64,000 nucleotides of DNA from Balanoglossus misakiensis. Its lineage: Eukaryota > Animalia > Hemichordata. The notes under the pieces were generated by a model, which made no database searches, was not told the DNA's origin, and saw only the letters and a list, made by a program, of their open reading frames with translations. The stretch covers positions 9,801,403-9,865,402 of the forward strand of contig CM082587.2 of NCBI GenBank assembly GCA_040954595.2, written 5' to 3'. Positions 24,974 to 39,900 of the stretch are shown one piece after another; position 1 is the stretch's first letter; each line of letters opens with the position of its first letter. The translations under genes were made by a program, and so were the position numbers.

Positions 24974-27900
24974 CTGAAAAACAAAACAAAAAACAGAATC
25001 AGTTGATGGAAAAATCTACCCTGTCAATACACTGCAACAGATCCAGAATCATCCAAAATTGCTTCAAAACCCTACAGTGTTGGCCATATGTTACAATTCT
25101 GAAGTCATCTAAAGACACGGTGGATGAATCAATAAATTACACAAACAAATACACGCATACAACTTGTCTCATTAGTCCAGGATAGAGAGAACTGCTAGTT
25201 AAATTCATCCCATATATTATTATCTCCAACAATACAAGGTTTACCAATAAACCCTAATAAACACTGCCAAGTCAGTTGAAACTGGTTTGATTTCCAGGGT
25301 GCCTAGAATCCTGGCTCCCAGGCCTGTTAGACTGCCAAGTGCGTGTTAATCAGTTGGGCCTATACAAGACCATGTGTGGAGAGAGCAAAGGGGGGAAAAC
25401 CATGAGTCTTGATTCTAGACTAATTTCACTTTTGCCCCCCCCCCCCCCAAAAAAAAAAAATCTCACAATCTCCTTGTCCAATCGCTTTGAAATTTGCTGT
25501 GCATAGCAGATCCCTGGGGTTGATCCAAGAGACCCTGTTGTAAGTATTTTCTAAAATACTTCTTTTTTATTCTTACCTCCCAAATGCATTTAACAAGGAC
25601 ACAATCTCAGATCTCTGCAGTCTAAATTCTTCTTTGTGGAACAGAGTCTCATCAGAGAAAAGAATTTTTAGTGCTGTTCCCATTCCTCGGGTCTGTAGAG
25701 ACAAAAATATTACGTATTATCATACATGCAACGCCTGTATTTGGCACTTTCTATTGTTCTCGCCCCGAAGATATTTTACGGTATTACACTGAGTGCAATA
25801 TATCTTCACTCCGCGTCTCGAACTATTTTTGAGAACGCGCGCGCGACAGTTCGCTGCGCGTGCGAGCGACGTACGGGGCATAGGACACTAGTGGAGAGGG
25901 GTGCTGTAAAATTCGGTTATTAGAAGCTGAAATAACGTTTTCATAGCTGGCGGTTTTGCCATGTTGAATGTATCATTTTTACTTCTTCGCAATTCTCAAT
26001 GCAAAATAATTGTTAACATGATATTTTGAAAGAGAACGTAGACAATTTTATTTAGAATGCGGATGTGCCCATTGTAATGAAAGCTGCCAACGCTCATAAA
26101 TGATACTACGGCCCACACTACTGCCGTGATCCCAGCGCCTGGTTCAATTTGAAATTGTTTTTCTCGGCGCATTTTCGCAAATCGTACTGTTTTATAGATA
26201 TGCATGTATGCAACTCGTCAAAATACGGACATCACTAAAATACGACGCGTTATCGACCAAAATTCGTGTAATAACCCCTAATTATATATTGCCGATGTTT
26301 ACAGTTCTAGTAAAGTTTCATGAGATAGGACGGGTTGTCAAGAAGAAAAATGATAGATATCACTTACTTGAAGTTTGCCCCACAATTTGCATTTATCACA
26401 TCCAACACAATCCATTATCTTGGAGATGTTCCTAAAATGTGTACGGAATTCTTCCTGCATAAAAGAAAAATACATGATTATGTTATTATGATTACTTAAC
26501 ATAAAATACACTACATGAACATCTAGTGCACTGTACTTAAAGGATGTATAAGCAGAATGTTAACCTGTAAACTGTGCAATTTGTGCGCATTTGTCTCTTT
26601 CCTTTGGAATTGCGAGAAAACTCGCTTTACTATAATTGTCATTTTCATGAAATTATTCACATAGCTATGTCAAGTAAAAATACATTTATTAGTCAAATAA
26701 AACAGTACGGTCACTGTGTTCATTTTGAGATAAACGTTGTTATCGGTAAATGATTTTCTCATAGACCCAGACCACTGATCAACTATCGACTAAATTCACA
26801 GCTGCCTTATTTTTAAAAACATGTGCAGTGACCCGTATATTGCAAAATTTTATTTTTACAAAGGAAAAATCAAAAATCCACAATTAAAAAAATAGGCTCA
26901 ATGTGTCAACAACCCAGTCAAAAGAACTGCGAACAAGGTGGTCCCAAAAACAAAGGCAGTGTCATTTCATGCAGTGTCACGTCTAGTGAGTATGTGAATT
27001 GTAATGCAATAAGGGGACTTTTCATGTAAAATTAGCTTAATGTGAAAAATTGCAACTAAAAACATTTGCAATGACACATTTCTGCCCTTCTTATCTCATT
27101 GTTGCCCCAGACAATACTACTACCTCAGAAGAATTGACTGATTACATCCAAATTGACGCGTGCTGCTGCAATTGAGGTCACCGGGCTGCTTTTTTAATGT
27201 GGCTCAGACTCAGACTAAGAGAATGAACCACCACAACTCAACAATTCAGACAGAGAAAGGGCATTGTTAGGCGATGCTGATGCATCGTTGGTTCAGAAAT
27301 GTTTAGGGTAATAATTGAAACATTCTACAGCTGTTGTGACCCAGCCAGGAATCTCTGCAGTTTTCCTGAGTCAAGTTCCAAATCTGTACCCATAATGATG
27401 GTTTTCAAACTTTGGCATTAGCGTTAAAAAAATATTGGCCACAGTCCAAGTGGGCAAACGGTGGCTTATGTTGTCAGGCAATACTGAATCTGTTGCATTC
27501 TGACAACAGTCCATCAGTGATTCAAAGTTTTGAAATGACAGTATCTATATAAAGCACTGTGTAAATTCATGCTAAATTTGAAAAATAAATTGAAAAATCT
27601 GTACTTAATAATATTCTTACTAGTGAATTCAAAGCTTTATTTCTGCTTCATGTTCCTAACTAAAATATAGAATCGATCTCTCATATATTATTATGCCTGG
27701 GGAAACATCAATATTAGAAATGAGTCTATGAATATTCATGACCAGTGACATCATCAGGATGCGACGTTATCATCAATCTTCATTCACTAAGCTTTTTCAT
27801 TGAAATATTGCACATTGACATTTCTGAAATACCAAATCCTGAAATACCTTTATTATGGTAAGTGGGTAGTGGTTGAAGGTAATGAAACAGTGTGCAGATG

Positions 27901-30900
27901 AGATCCTTCTGTTTCAATTCCTGTTTCAAATACATATCACCATATACTGAACAGTATCTGAGCATCAAAAGTACTAAAAAGTAGGAGAAAATAGACAAAG
28001 CGATAAATTTTAAAAAAAGTGATGCGTTGACTTATAATGACCAGGACTCTTATCTGCTACTTGTACATCTCTATTTCTCCCTGAGATTTCCAGTATTTCA
28101 TCCTGACTAGCTTCTACAAGGAGGATTGCCCCCCCCCCCCCCCACCCCACCCCTTTCTAGAATATTTGGGGAGGGCGAGGTTCCACTCATGTGTAAGAGC
28201 TGGTGTTTTCTTGTGAATGTTAGTGTGACTGACCTATGCATCATTTCATGCGGTGCGCAGGTCACCTTTGACATGTTGCTAGACGGTGCCAACCTGTCCG
28301 GCGGAGGGGGAATTGCCTGATCGCAGTGTCTAGATGAAAACTATTGATCGTATGGTACATAGCCCACTTTAATAGCTGGTTTCATTTCATATGATCCCAG
28401 ACAATGGAAGTGCAACTTGAAATGACATGCCCCATTCAAATATAACCTGCAGTATTTAAAGATGACATCATACCAATATGGTCAGATAATAATCAGGAAG
28501 TACAGATAACTTCTCTTTCCAAACTCTGATTTCACCAGACAGAGCACGATGGGTTTGGACTGACAGTCTGTTAAGTTGAGGGTCAGTGGATGCCTGCAGT
28601 GTCAGCATCATTCGTTAGTTGACAGCATCCTGGTTGTACAATCTTCATACATTTTGAACTCGACCAATTCAGTACCTGCCTGTGTGTTTGCATGAACTGG
28701 TAGCGATGTCGCCACTTCTCCGTCGGTTCGCAATCATTCTTTTGATTGTGAACCTCTCCGAGTCCCGAGCAGGGACGCTGTGTAAAGTGTATAAAGCCAC
28801 ATGCGTTGACTGCACTGACAGAGATCTTGTCAACCTTCCAGGGGATTTGCCAACCCGTGCCACTGACTTGGATCTGGCAAACAACAAATTACGATCGTTG
28901 CCGTCATACAGTTTTAAGAGTCTACGACAACTTGAGTGTCTCAGCATTGCATTTAATGACATCAAGAGCATCGGTTCTAAATCGTTGCGTGGACTGTATC
29001 GGCTTCAACAGTTAGACTTGCAAGGCAACGGGATAGCCACGGTAGCTCCAGAGGCGTTTCTTGATTTGTCGAAACTAGAAATGCTCCACTTATCATCCAA
29101 CCAACTCACCAACCTTCCCGAAGGAGTATTCTCAACCCTTGGAAAGTTAAAACAGCTCGACATTCGGAGCAATTCACTTGCGAGTCTCTCAGCACTGGCA
29201 TTTCAAGGATTGGTCAGTTTACAGAAACTCGACCTGACGTACAACACAATAGAAGACCTTTCCGACGGGGTCTTTCAAGAGCTCACAAACCTAAAGTCGA
29301 TTGGACTGAGTGACAATCCACTGCCATGTTTTCCAAGCAGTGCTGTACGAGATCTGAGCAACATAGAAGAGATCTACTTTGATCAAAACACTATTGGAGC
29401 CGATTGCAGCGAAATCAACCTCAAACGTCTGCAACATCTGAAGCTGCTTTCATTTCGACACTGCCAGCTTACCGACACAATCATTCAGAACATGAGCTTT
29501 GGTGGCAACGCTCCCTATAAGATTAACATGGCATTTAATAGACTTGTAGCATCGAACTATAGTGCGTTCAACGTTCTGAAAAATGTTTCACGTATTAACC
29601 TCAGTGGGAACCAGATGAACCTAGATTCTTTGGAGAGATTTCTGCGCCATTTTCAAGGAGAAGGGTCCTCAGTCACCAAAAGTCTGAAGGAAAGGAATTT
29701 AGTTGCACTTGAACTGGGTTCCAATGAGATATCATCGCTGCCGACCGGCGTATTTCAGCAGTTGCATGACTTGGAAGAACTGGACATGGGGTATAACAAA
29801 CTGCAGCATGTTGCAGTAGATGCATTTCTGGGTCTGCATAATCTGAAGGTGCTGGGACTCAGCGACAACGAGCTGAACACTCTCCACTCGGCTTTCCGTG
29901 GCCTGGACAACATCCAGCTGATTGACTTCACTAGGAATCGTCTGTCCAACAGCACGCAGGTGCTTAATAGCCTCGGTAGGCTCCCGACTCTGAGGCACCT
30001 AAACTTCAGCTACAACCACCTGGCCGGTCAAATGCCACCGAATATTTCCGACAGACTGCCATCCCTGGTGGACCTCGATCTGTCCCACAACAGTTTCACC
30101 TCAGTTCACAATGATAGTTTCCGCTTCTCAGTGAATTTGGAAAGACTAGATTTGTCCCACAATGACATTCTTCTGTCGGCCGAACAAGTATTTTTCCCCC
30201 TGGTCTCGCTCCGATCCCTGTCACTGACGGGTAACCCTCTCGTGCACTACGACACGTTCAGCTGGCATCCTTTCAAACATTGCACAAACCTGCGAGAGTT
30301 ATTCTTGTCAAATTGGTTTGCTGTGTCTTTGCATCTGGAGGACATCCCCGGACTAGAGAGCTTAGACTTTGACAATGCCCTGTACGAACATTACAAAGTG
30401 GGCTCGGTGGACATTGCAGACATGTCCAAAAAGTTAGGTTCATTAAGAGTCAGTAAGCTACGAATTGAAAATATGTTCATCACGAGTTGGCTAGGCAGAC
30501 GCAAGAATCATGAAATACAAAACCGGTTTCTGACCATAGAAACATTAGTGCTATCTAACGTTCGCTTTGGAATGACTTTTGATGCAAGTTTGTTTTTTTC
30601 ATTGTTTCCTAATGTGAAAAACCTTTATCTCGAGTATATTGATGGAATAACAAGTTTGAAAGATCTACCAACAACCAAGAAATTAGAGTATATCAACTTT
30701 AGTTTAGGTTTTCATCACCAACTCACAGCTTTAAGTACAGAGTTACTGGAAAGTCAGCAAAATTTGAAAGAAGTAATTATATTTTCAACTGGCCTTGATT
30801 GTACAGAGTGTAAAATGAAAGAATTCCTTGATTGGGCCAAATGGGATGAAGTTGTAATATTGAAAGTACCCAGATGTGAATTTCCATACAATGTGCCAGT

Positions 30901-33900
30901 ATATAGTTTAAATTTGGGTTTGGAATGCAATCAGATATTCAAGATTTCAGTACCAATTACTTGCGTTGCTGTGTTTGCCATTGTGTGCATTGTACTTGGA
31001 ATCCGTTTACGATGGCATGTACGTTACATGATTTTCCTCGGCAGGCTGAGATGTGGTGGCTACCAGCTGCAAATCAATGACGATGATGACGATCAACCAC
31101 TGAATAAGAAATACGATGCATTTGTTTGTTACAATGAACATGACAGCGACTGGGTGTGGCAACAGCTAGTGCCCAATTTGGAAAACGCCGGTCCGCCAAA
31201 TTTGAAACTCTGTCTCCATGAACGGGATTTCATTCCGGGCGCTGATATTTTCGAGAACATTCTGGACAGCATCGAGAACAGTCACAAGACCATGTTGGTG
31301 CTGTCGCCGCACTTCGCCGAGAGTGAGTGGTGTTATTTTGAGATGAGAATGGCGCAGAACTGTCTGTTTGATGACAAGAGAGATGTCCTCTTTCTCATGC
31401 TGTTGGAAGAAATCCCAGATGCCGTCATGCCACGCGTCTTGCGTAAGATTCTACTGACAAAGAATTACATCACTTGGGTGGAGAATGAGGAAGGGAGACG
31501 ACTGTTTTGGAAGAAACTGAAAATGGGTCTCCGCTCAGGGAACAGAGTCAATAGAGTGGCTGATGTTTAAATTTTTGCATGCTGAAATAATTTTCATAAT
31601 GGAGCTAAAACGAGACTGTAAAGGGAACTAAACATGGAAATATAATGCCCTAAACATGATATGAAAGCAGTGGCCTAGATAACAGTTACTTCTGTATGGA
31701 ATGACTATGACCAGACAAATTTCATACTTTGTCTCCGTGAACATTCTGTATAGCATAGTGAACAGTCTTAGTACTGTAACGTCAAATATACACAGGTATT
31801 AGGTCAAATTTTTAGATAAGCACAACCACAATTTCAAACATTGATTATTTGACATATGTTGCTGATAAATATCGTTACTTATTCGGTATGTCAAGTTAGT
31901 CACTTTTTTCTATGCCACTCATTCACACTCTATACTGGAAAAGCATATATAAGGAAGGGTATGCAATGGTACCTGTCTATGATGTTGTCAGTCTATTACA
32001 GTATCTGTCCATATTTGTTGTATTTTATCGTGATTTTTTATGCTAAGATTTACAGTAATAACCAGGAAAACCTAACATGACATTTTGCCAATGATTTGTG
32101 TTCTTTGCTCAGCAACTTTCAATACTTTGGAGTTAATGTCAAACTGTTAATAAAAATGCTGATATGATGGAGAAAACGACAATATTTGTTGTTGTGACTT
32201 CAATTTAAATACCCCAAAATCAGAGTTTTCACCCCTCACTTGCCCAAAGAAGGTCTCACGGTAAAATGGTTTGCATCAAACGCACTGGTCATGGAAAACC
32301 CTGTGATCAATGGAGAAGGTCATGTACAGAACCACCCCTCTGCATGTAATGGTTGTGGCCAATCAAAAGTTGCCAACTTGGAGACAGAGACAGACAGACA
32401 GAAAAAAACAACAACAGCCAGACTACTGTGAATTCAATGCTTTGGATTCAGCTGCGATTGTTGTATTGGGAAGTAAAAATGTTTACCACCGGATATTTAC
32501 CCAGAAACGGATATGGGAGTAAAAGGACTTCCAAATTTTCACTTCCCACCCAATGGCAAGTCGTCACTTCCTGTGCATTATGTTCATTGAAAATTGTAGT
32601 GGCTTATTTTATTTGTACCTTTATCATAAGTGGGCAGAGGTTAAAAGCGGTGAAACAGTGTTACTGTGAGATTGAGCTGTTTTAGTTCCCGTTTCATGTA
32701 CACACAATCGCATGATTACGTGCTTGTTCTCGTAGTACATCAGTGAAAAATAACTGTTAAGATTAGAAGTTGAAAAATCTCAAAATTTTGGAAATATCAT
32801 GCACTCAAGTTTAATACTGGGACTAATAAATGAAATGACAATAAAAAATGTAATAAGTTTGTCACTCATATCATTGACCACTAGAAGTCTAGAAGTTGAT
32901 TCCGTTCTGAAGCCAACTTTCTCTTATTGAATACTAACCTTAAGTTGAAGTGCCTGGTTTGAATTTCCTTGGAACATTTCACTTTCATTAAAATGAGAAG
33001 GAAATTCACCAATGGTCAACAACAAATTCTGTACTAGTTGTTTCACTTCACGGTCTTCATTTATATTGCCTTGAAAGGTAAAAATACATGTTAAGGTTTA
33101 GTTGAAATGCACTCAGTTGGTCATTGGTCTCTTTATTGTCTGTATAAGATGAACTACACTATTTGACATGGTACATGTATAGTGTATGGGCCAGCACAAA
33201 CCGCTATCCCCCTTAGGCACTTTGTCACACCAATTTTCTCTGTAGCCATGATCCAGTGGGGGGTATGGACCACTTCGCGGATAGAATAATGCAGGGGGTT
33301 GTGGGACAGTTTGTGTTCTGATCACGTGACGCTATGTTGAACGCAAATTATACCATCATGCATTGCAGATATCCTATCCGCGAAGTGGTCTATGGGTGTC
33401 AGCATTGCCTTGTTACCATGGCAATGCAGTTTTGATAAATTGAAACATATCATATATTTGTACTGAGGTAACTATAAACACCATATACACATAATCTGGC
33501 ACCCATATTTTGCAACATTAGAACAAACGACGCAACTATTTACGTAACAGCATACCAAACAGCACAACTCCTTACATTGGCATTCTTCTAAATGATCAGA
33601 ATATAATAGTACAGTGGAACGCCGATTATCCGAACCTGTTGGGCGGGTTAGATTTTGTTCGGATAATTGATTGTTCGGATAATTGATTTTGGCACGTCCC
33701 AACAAAGGAAATTGACCACACCATTGGGGCATGCGTATGTTACGATGTTTCCCACATGCACATGCATTTTCAATGCACTCACAAAAAGAAGTTAATAAAA
33801 TAATAAAACACAATTCGTCTTCTTTTATATAAAAAATACATATATTAAGAGTTCAAAAGGTTAAGAAAGAAAAAAAGACGAAGTCAAAGCTGCAATGTTC

Positions 33901-36900
33901 TGATCCGTTCAACATCGTATGTGGCCGGTCATCGTACCAAACCACGGAACGTGCGTAGGCCTTCCATGGCCACAGTAGATTTCGCTAGAGCTGGTGTCTC
34001 GTTCTCTTTATCGTCCTAATTTTTCATGCAATGAGTTTATTTCTGAGAAACAAAGTCGATGATTTCATCATACGTTAATGTTTCGAAGCTGTCATAGTTC
34101 TCGCTAGTCTCCAAATCTTCGATGTCAGTGACATTCAAACCGCGCAAAACATGCTCTCCGCACGAGGTCACTTCCGCAAGTGACGTCTTGGCTGTCATTC
34201 ATATCGGCGCTGCCATGGTCACCAACGGCGACCCGACACGCCTTCACTGTGTCGCGGAATGAAGTCCATGCGTTTGAAAAGCCGTGTCTTTGATGTTGAC
34301 ACCTCGGGCGATCTCCGCCGTCTGCTCGCACGAGTCGAAGACGGGCGATCTCATCCAACCCATGGCTTTCATTTGTATTATCAACGACAGTGCTAAGCTT
34401 ATTTCGGCGATAAATCTACTTCACACTATCAAAAAATTGCCAAAGCCGTGCCGACGCGACAAGTGATTTTGCGTGTTTTACACTTGAGTGTGAAATCCTA
34501 GTGTCGAATGTTACGATACCCGAAAGTGTGACACTCTGTTGTCGTAAAATGATTGAAATATTCAATGATAAAGACGTTTTTAACACGTCCCACCTCCCTT
34601 TACAACAGAAACAATTAGAACTGACCAAAGAAAACTGTCCGAAATGTCAGTTTTCCTGCGGAAATGTCACAGACCGCCGAGAAAACAGGTGCTTGGCATG
34701 GCTAATTAAATGTTCAGGGACCGTACCCGGGACCGTACCAAAGCGTTCGGATAATCCGAAATTCGGATAATCGGCGTTCGGATAATCGGCGTTCCACTGT
34801 ATATGAGTCCCTTTTGCCAAAGTTGACTTCTTTTCACATACCTGTATAAAAATCTTCATTTTGCAAGTATGGTGCTGCTTTGTTTATAGCACGTAGTTCA
34901 ACTAGGTAGGCAAAATAGAGATTCTTCAGCCATTGTGGTCCTTCTCCATTTGTAGTCTCAGGATCAAATCGTTTCTGAAACTCTCCTACATTAACACCCC
35001 ATTTGGTTCCACCCCATGCATCTGCAAGTAAAAAACAAACATCTTTGAAAGTCATATATTTCATGACAAAGACAATATTAGGACCCCAACATACGTGCAG
35101 CCATTTTCGTTTATATATAGGCAGACGTTTTTTTTTGTCGAATACAGTAATCCATACAACAGCCCATACAACTCTACTGTGATACTACTGTAAAAAACTT
35201 TATTTTCGCGAGCGATAAATTTTTGCAAAATACACGAGAGCCAAAATAGCGTGAAAATAAAAAGTCGCGTGAATGAAATACATGTAAGAGAACTTGAAAA
35301 TTAATACTCGCGGAACAGTGGCCTCTTTCGATATTGCGAAAATTTCAACTCGCGAAAGTAAGGTTTTACAGTATGACAGAACTTCATGAACTCTGTATGT
35401 GATCTGTGCCAAAGGAATGTTATCTTCATGAGTGAGGTGGTGTATTCTTTGGCAGTTCTTTCATGAGCAAGCTGATTCTGAGAAGATTGTCCCCCCCCCC
35501 CCCAAAAAAAAAAAAAAATTACAGACACACAATTTGATCAAATCTCACTCAGTCAACCTCGGGGACCTGCATACCAATTATCAAAGCTGAGTGACCAACA
35601 TTTTTTTAGAAGTCAACTTTTGATGAAAAGATGAATACAGAGCTTGTCAACAATCAACCCATCTGACCTCTTTTAATACAGACAGGATTGAGATGATGCT
35701 ACATGTATTAAATAAAACTGAAAAGGGATTAATACCTGGTAGTAGATAATTGGCTGACAGATGAATATTTATACTGGAGTGTAGTCCTGATATCATCCGA
35801 TAAAATGCCCTTTTTTCTAAACACATGCCTGAAAAGTAAAGGAAGCACAAGGTTTTAAGTTAGTAAGGAGAACATTTCTTTGAGGATGGCTGCATGTGTC
35901 ATTCACTTCTATTTAGAGGTTATAAATGGCAAGCGTGGGTATTTAGTTGCAGATATAATCTTTTTCAGGTGAAATGTTTGACAGGAAATAATCATCATAT
36001 TCTCATAAATGAGAATTGTGAGCTAACAAAATTCTATCTGGAAAAAAAATTCTCACTCAAGAGATTCGAGAATAACAAGAGACTATTTCCTTTTAAATGA
36101 TTAGACCATTCTATGACACACCCCTAATTCATTTCCTGAATTGATCATAACTGATGTAGCTAACATTAAGCAAATAATACACACATACATTTGAACTTCT
36201 GAAGTCATTTCTGTGATGGCAAAATTAATGTCACCAGTTGATTCAATTCAAGATAATCAGTGGCAAAGAATTTGCAAATATCATGTGCCTTGCTTTTTGC
36301 AGCCATGTTTTGATTGAATTATTTAACAGTCAAACCAACCTTGAACAGTCTTTGACTTCAAGAGAGCTTCATATGATTTGGTTTCTGGGTCAGGTCTGAA
36401 ATTAAATACAGTTTTTCCAATACATGTAAGTTGCATGACACCCATTCAGTTAACAACAACAAAAGTTCCAAAAATGCATATTAATTAATTAACATAAAGT
36501 ATAATGGACATTGCCCCTGTGCAAATTTGAATTTTAGTGCTGATCCAGTCATGTCTGAGCAATGGCTCAACAAATGCATGAACATTACTCAATTTTCAAC
36601 ACCCCAGACTCTGTCAATGGGGCCTAAATACCAAAGCCTAAATTGCAAGCTTATTCAATGTTGACATTATTTCTATTAAAGGGTTTATGACATGCTTTGA
36701 AAAGTTTTCATTTTTCCCCATCTAAAGCTCACCTAGGGTACCCGTCTATGCATTGCCTATTGTGTCGGTTCCGAAAAATGTGCGCGAATGCCGGAATTTG
36801 CCCCCTTTTTTCATGCCTGTGATCAGGGAGCCACTTCGCACTCGAGCCAGGCGAAGGTATTTGCATATGGACAAACAAGTACACTACATCCTAGTGTACC

Positions 36901-39900
36901 ATTCTGTTTACAGTAAAGTGTAATTAGCGGTCCATGAGTAATTAAGTCCACAGACAAAGGCAAGCTACATAAACAGTGTTCAAAGCAAAGGAAGCCCTTG
37001 CCTCACATTACAGGCAGAGGATTTACAAAGGTGTGAAAGACTATTTGTCCACATCAAGATAAGTCTTCGGCTTAACTTCGAAAAGCCGAAAAAAATCGAC
37101 TGAGTTGAGTTAGGGGTACACGCCCACTCGCCACTTTTACCTTCCTGTTATCTAAGCACAGAGGGTGATACGCAATGCAAGATAGTAACATACGTTAACT
37201 TCAAGACCCAAAGAGTGATTTTACGCGTGGTTGTATAGGGCATGGCATTAGACCTTTAAAGGGACAAAGTCTCTCTCTGGCTGCCCTTTTTTCCATTGAT
37301 TATATTTGATATTTGATACAAGACACCGTTTATGTTATTCTACATGTGGATATATAGTGAATCAACGTTCAACCACACACAACTTCCATCCCGCTTGTAG
37401 ACACGAGAGTGAAAAACTCACCAAAATCAATAATCGATGTTTACCATTTTTTTCATTTTGGCGAGATATTACTCTGATATCCCACAAACAGGATCGAAGT
37501 TGTGTGGTTGAATTTTATTTCACTATATATCCACATGTAGAATGACATAAACGGTGTCTTGAATTAAGGTGGCATTGCATGAAAACTTGTGATTTTTGCC
37601 AAATTTTACTTTTTTACATAAATCGGTAGGCCTAATACTGACCCACATCCTGACTAATATGTCTTGGCGGAAATGGTGCATAATCACCCCAAAATAGCAC
37701 TTTTCTGAATGAGTTCACAGCTTAACAAATAGGTGTCAACAATGCAAATGGCCGTTTTTCTCAGTTTGCATTTTCGCTGCTCTTGACAACTTCAGACGAA
37801 AATAGCTTCGCTCTGCGTTGGCCGAATTTGCTCAAATTTTGACTGGGGATTGTGTATGACCCATCCAACAAAACGGTATTTTTGTTAGTCGATAAAGTGT
37901 CCCTGGCGGGAATAAACTCTGATTCAATACAACTCACCGTGAATTTGATCAAATTTTAATAAAAATCTAACTTTCAAACGCTGTTACTCCTCAATGGAAG
38001 CAGATAACGCAAAACAAAATTACCTTTTTTTTGCACGTTTACTCTAGTTTCGAATGACATCAGGGTTTTACATCACTTTTTACTTTTGGGAGTCCCTGGG
38101 ACTCCTAATGTTGAAAAATGGGGGTCCTACATCAAACCATGGGGGTCCCAATTTATTTCACCAGAATATTTTATCATTTTATCAATGCTGGAAATTAGAA
38201 AATCTTTCTGTGAATGGGCAACGATTGTAAGAATCAATACCAATCCAAATCATAAAATGATATTGTCTACAAGATATAGGGAGTAATTCCAAGATCAACT
38301 GTTGTATGGCTAGGGGTCCCATCTTGAACATCACCTTATGAGTGACCCTTTGACCTAAAGCATATAATATGGAGAATACCAGTACATGTACACTCAACTT
38401 GGTCTTCTTAAAGTCTTATTCGAGAAATTTGCAGCTGAATCTTTATTTAAAGTTTAAGTTCAGGGTTTTCAACAAAACTAAGACTGCTGGTACTCATGGA
38501 CGGAGATGGTTTCAGAGCAATAGGAGTCACGGTAGTTCACTGCTTGCACACAGCAAAGTGCGATATAGGCCTGATATCGCAGTGTAACTTATAATTCCCA
38601 AGAGGGTGACTGCGTGTACGTAAACCGTATCAAATTCAACAATAAACCAAGTTTGCTACAAGTTTGCTATGAAACTGTTATCAGTATCGATTACAGGTCA
38701 TAAGGTCATTAACTGTTTAATTGACTCTCTGTGTACGCGTACACCCATTAGATATCAGGAAACGCGCAACAAGGGTCTCAACAACAGACATATTTCATGC
38801 GTCCCAAGGGACGCATGGTTTAGTTTTTGACGGGTCCCACGCCCAGTTTTGTGCGTAAAGGACGCAGAAATGCGCGTCATGTAAAACCCTGGACATATTA
38901 GGATGCATGATGCATGGTCAACTTTTTTACCTAATTTAAATTTAATGACATAATATCAAAAAATTGTTTTTTTCACCCAAAATCGCCACCATTTCCGGGG
39001 ATCGATAATATTTGCAACTCAAACAAACGTTCAAAAACTCAGTTTCCAGAATATATATGGTTTATGGGGGTTTTAACGTTGTCTTTGATGAGAAATAGGC
39101 CTCTGAAAAAGTCTCGACGGTTTCATGCAATGCCACCTTAAACATAATTAATGCAAAAAAGGGCAGCGAGAGAGAGACTTTGTCCCTGTAAATGTTATGT
39201 GACTGAATTGCCTTACTTGAAGCAGTTTTCTTGGTAGATAGTATTCCAGATTCTCCTTGGTGAAAATCCTTTATACCCAGTGTAACGTTCCGGATTCAAT
39301 AATAAATCTACAAACTCCATACCAATTGAAGATTCATCTAAAACAAACAAATTAACAGAATAGAGTCACTAAATGATGCCTGGATGTGAGATATACATTT
39401 ATTACACCTCACTCTGTATTCCGTACTATTGATTGGCTGAGCCCGTACCACGTGACATAGAAAAAAGCGTGATATTACATGGTTGACAGAGTATATGGCC
39501 CGTAGGTAGGGGCTACAGGCCGGGGATACGCGCGCGCTGAGAGAATATTGCAGGCTGAGAACAGGTTTTAGGTTCTGCGCATCTTTTCTGCGCATAACAA
39601 ACTGTCGTTCAATGGCTTCCTTCACGATCAGTCAACTCCCGCATATATGGCTTCAAAGCGACACACAGATTTAACACCTGTTCAACTGGACGATATTTTA
39701 CCGCAAACGGACAGTAAATACACCAAAGTTGCAACCAACAGCGCGGTTTCCTCAAGATTATCTGAGTTCGAAGTAGGTACGGTGAGATATTTTAGTTCGC
39801 TGCAACCTGCAATGTACGGCTTGGGCATCATCAATATTGTGGTCAGAGATCACCATCCCTCGTGTAGGCCAAATATCATGATATTGCCCTCGCTAACATG

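Larger units (their letters stand above)
16691..32314. repeat. Tandem segmental duplication, unit B (15.6 kb)
   Basis: Homology with unit A ends at TGATCAATGGA (16691 = 32314). Junction ATGGAATAAC versus parental ATGAAATAAC and ATGGAGAAGG. Confidence 0.97.
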
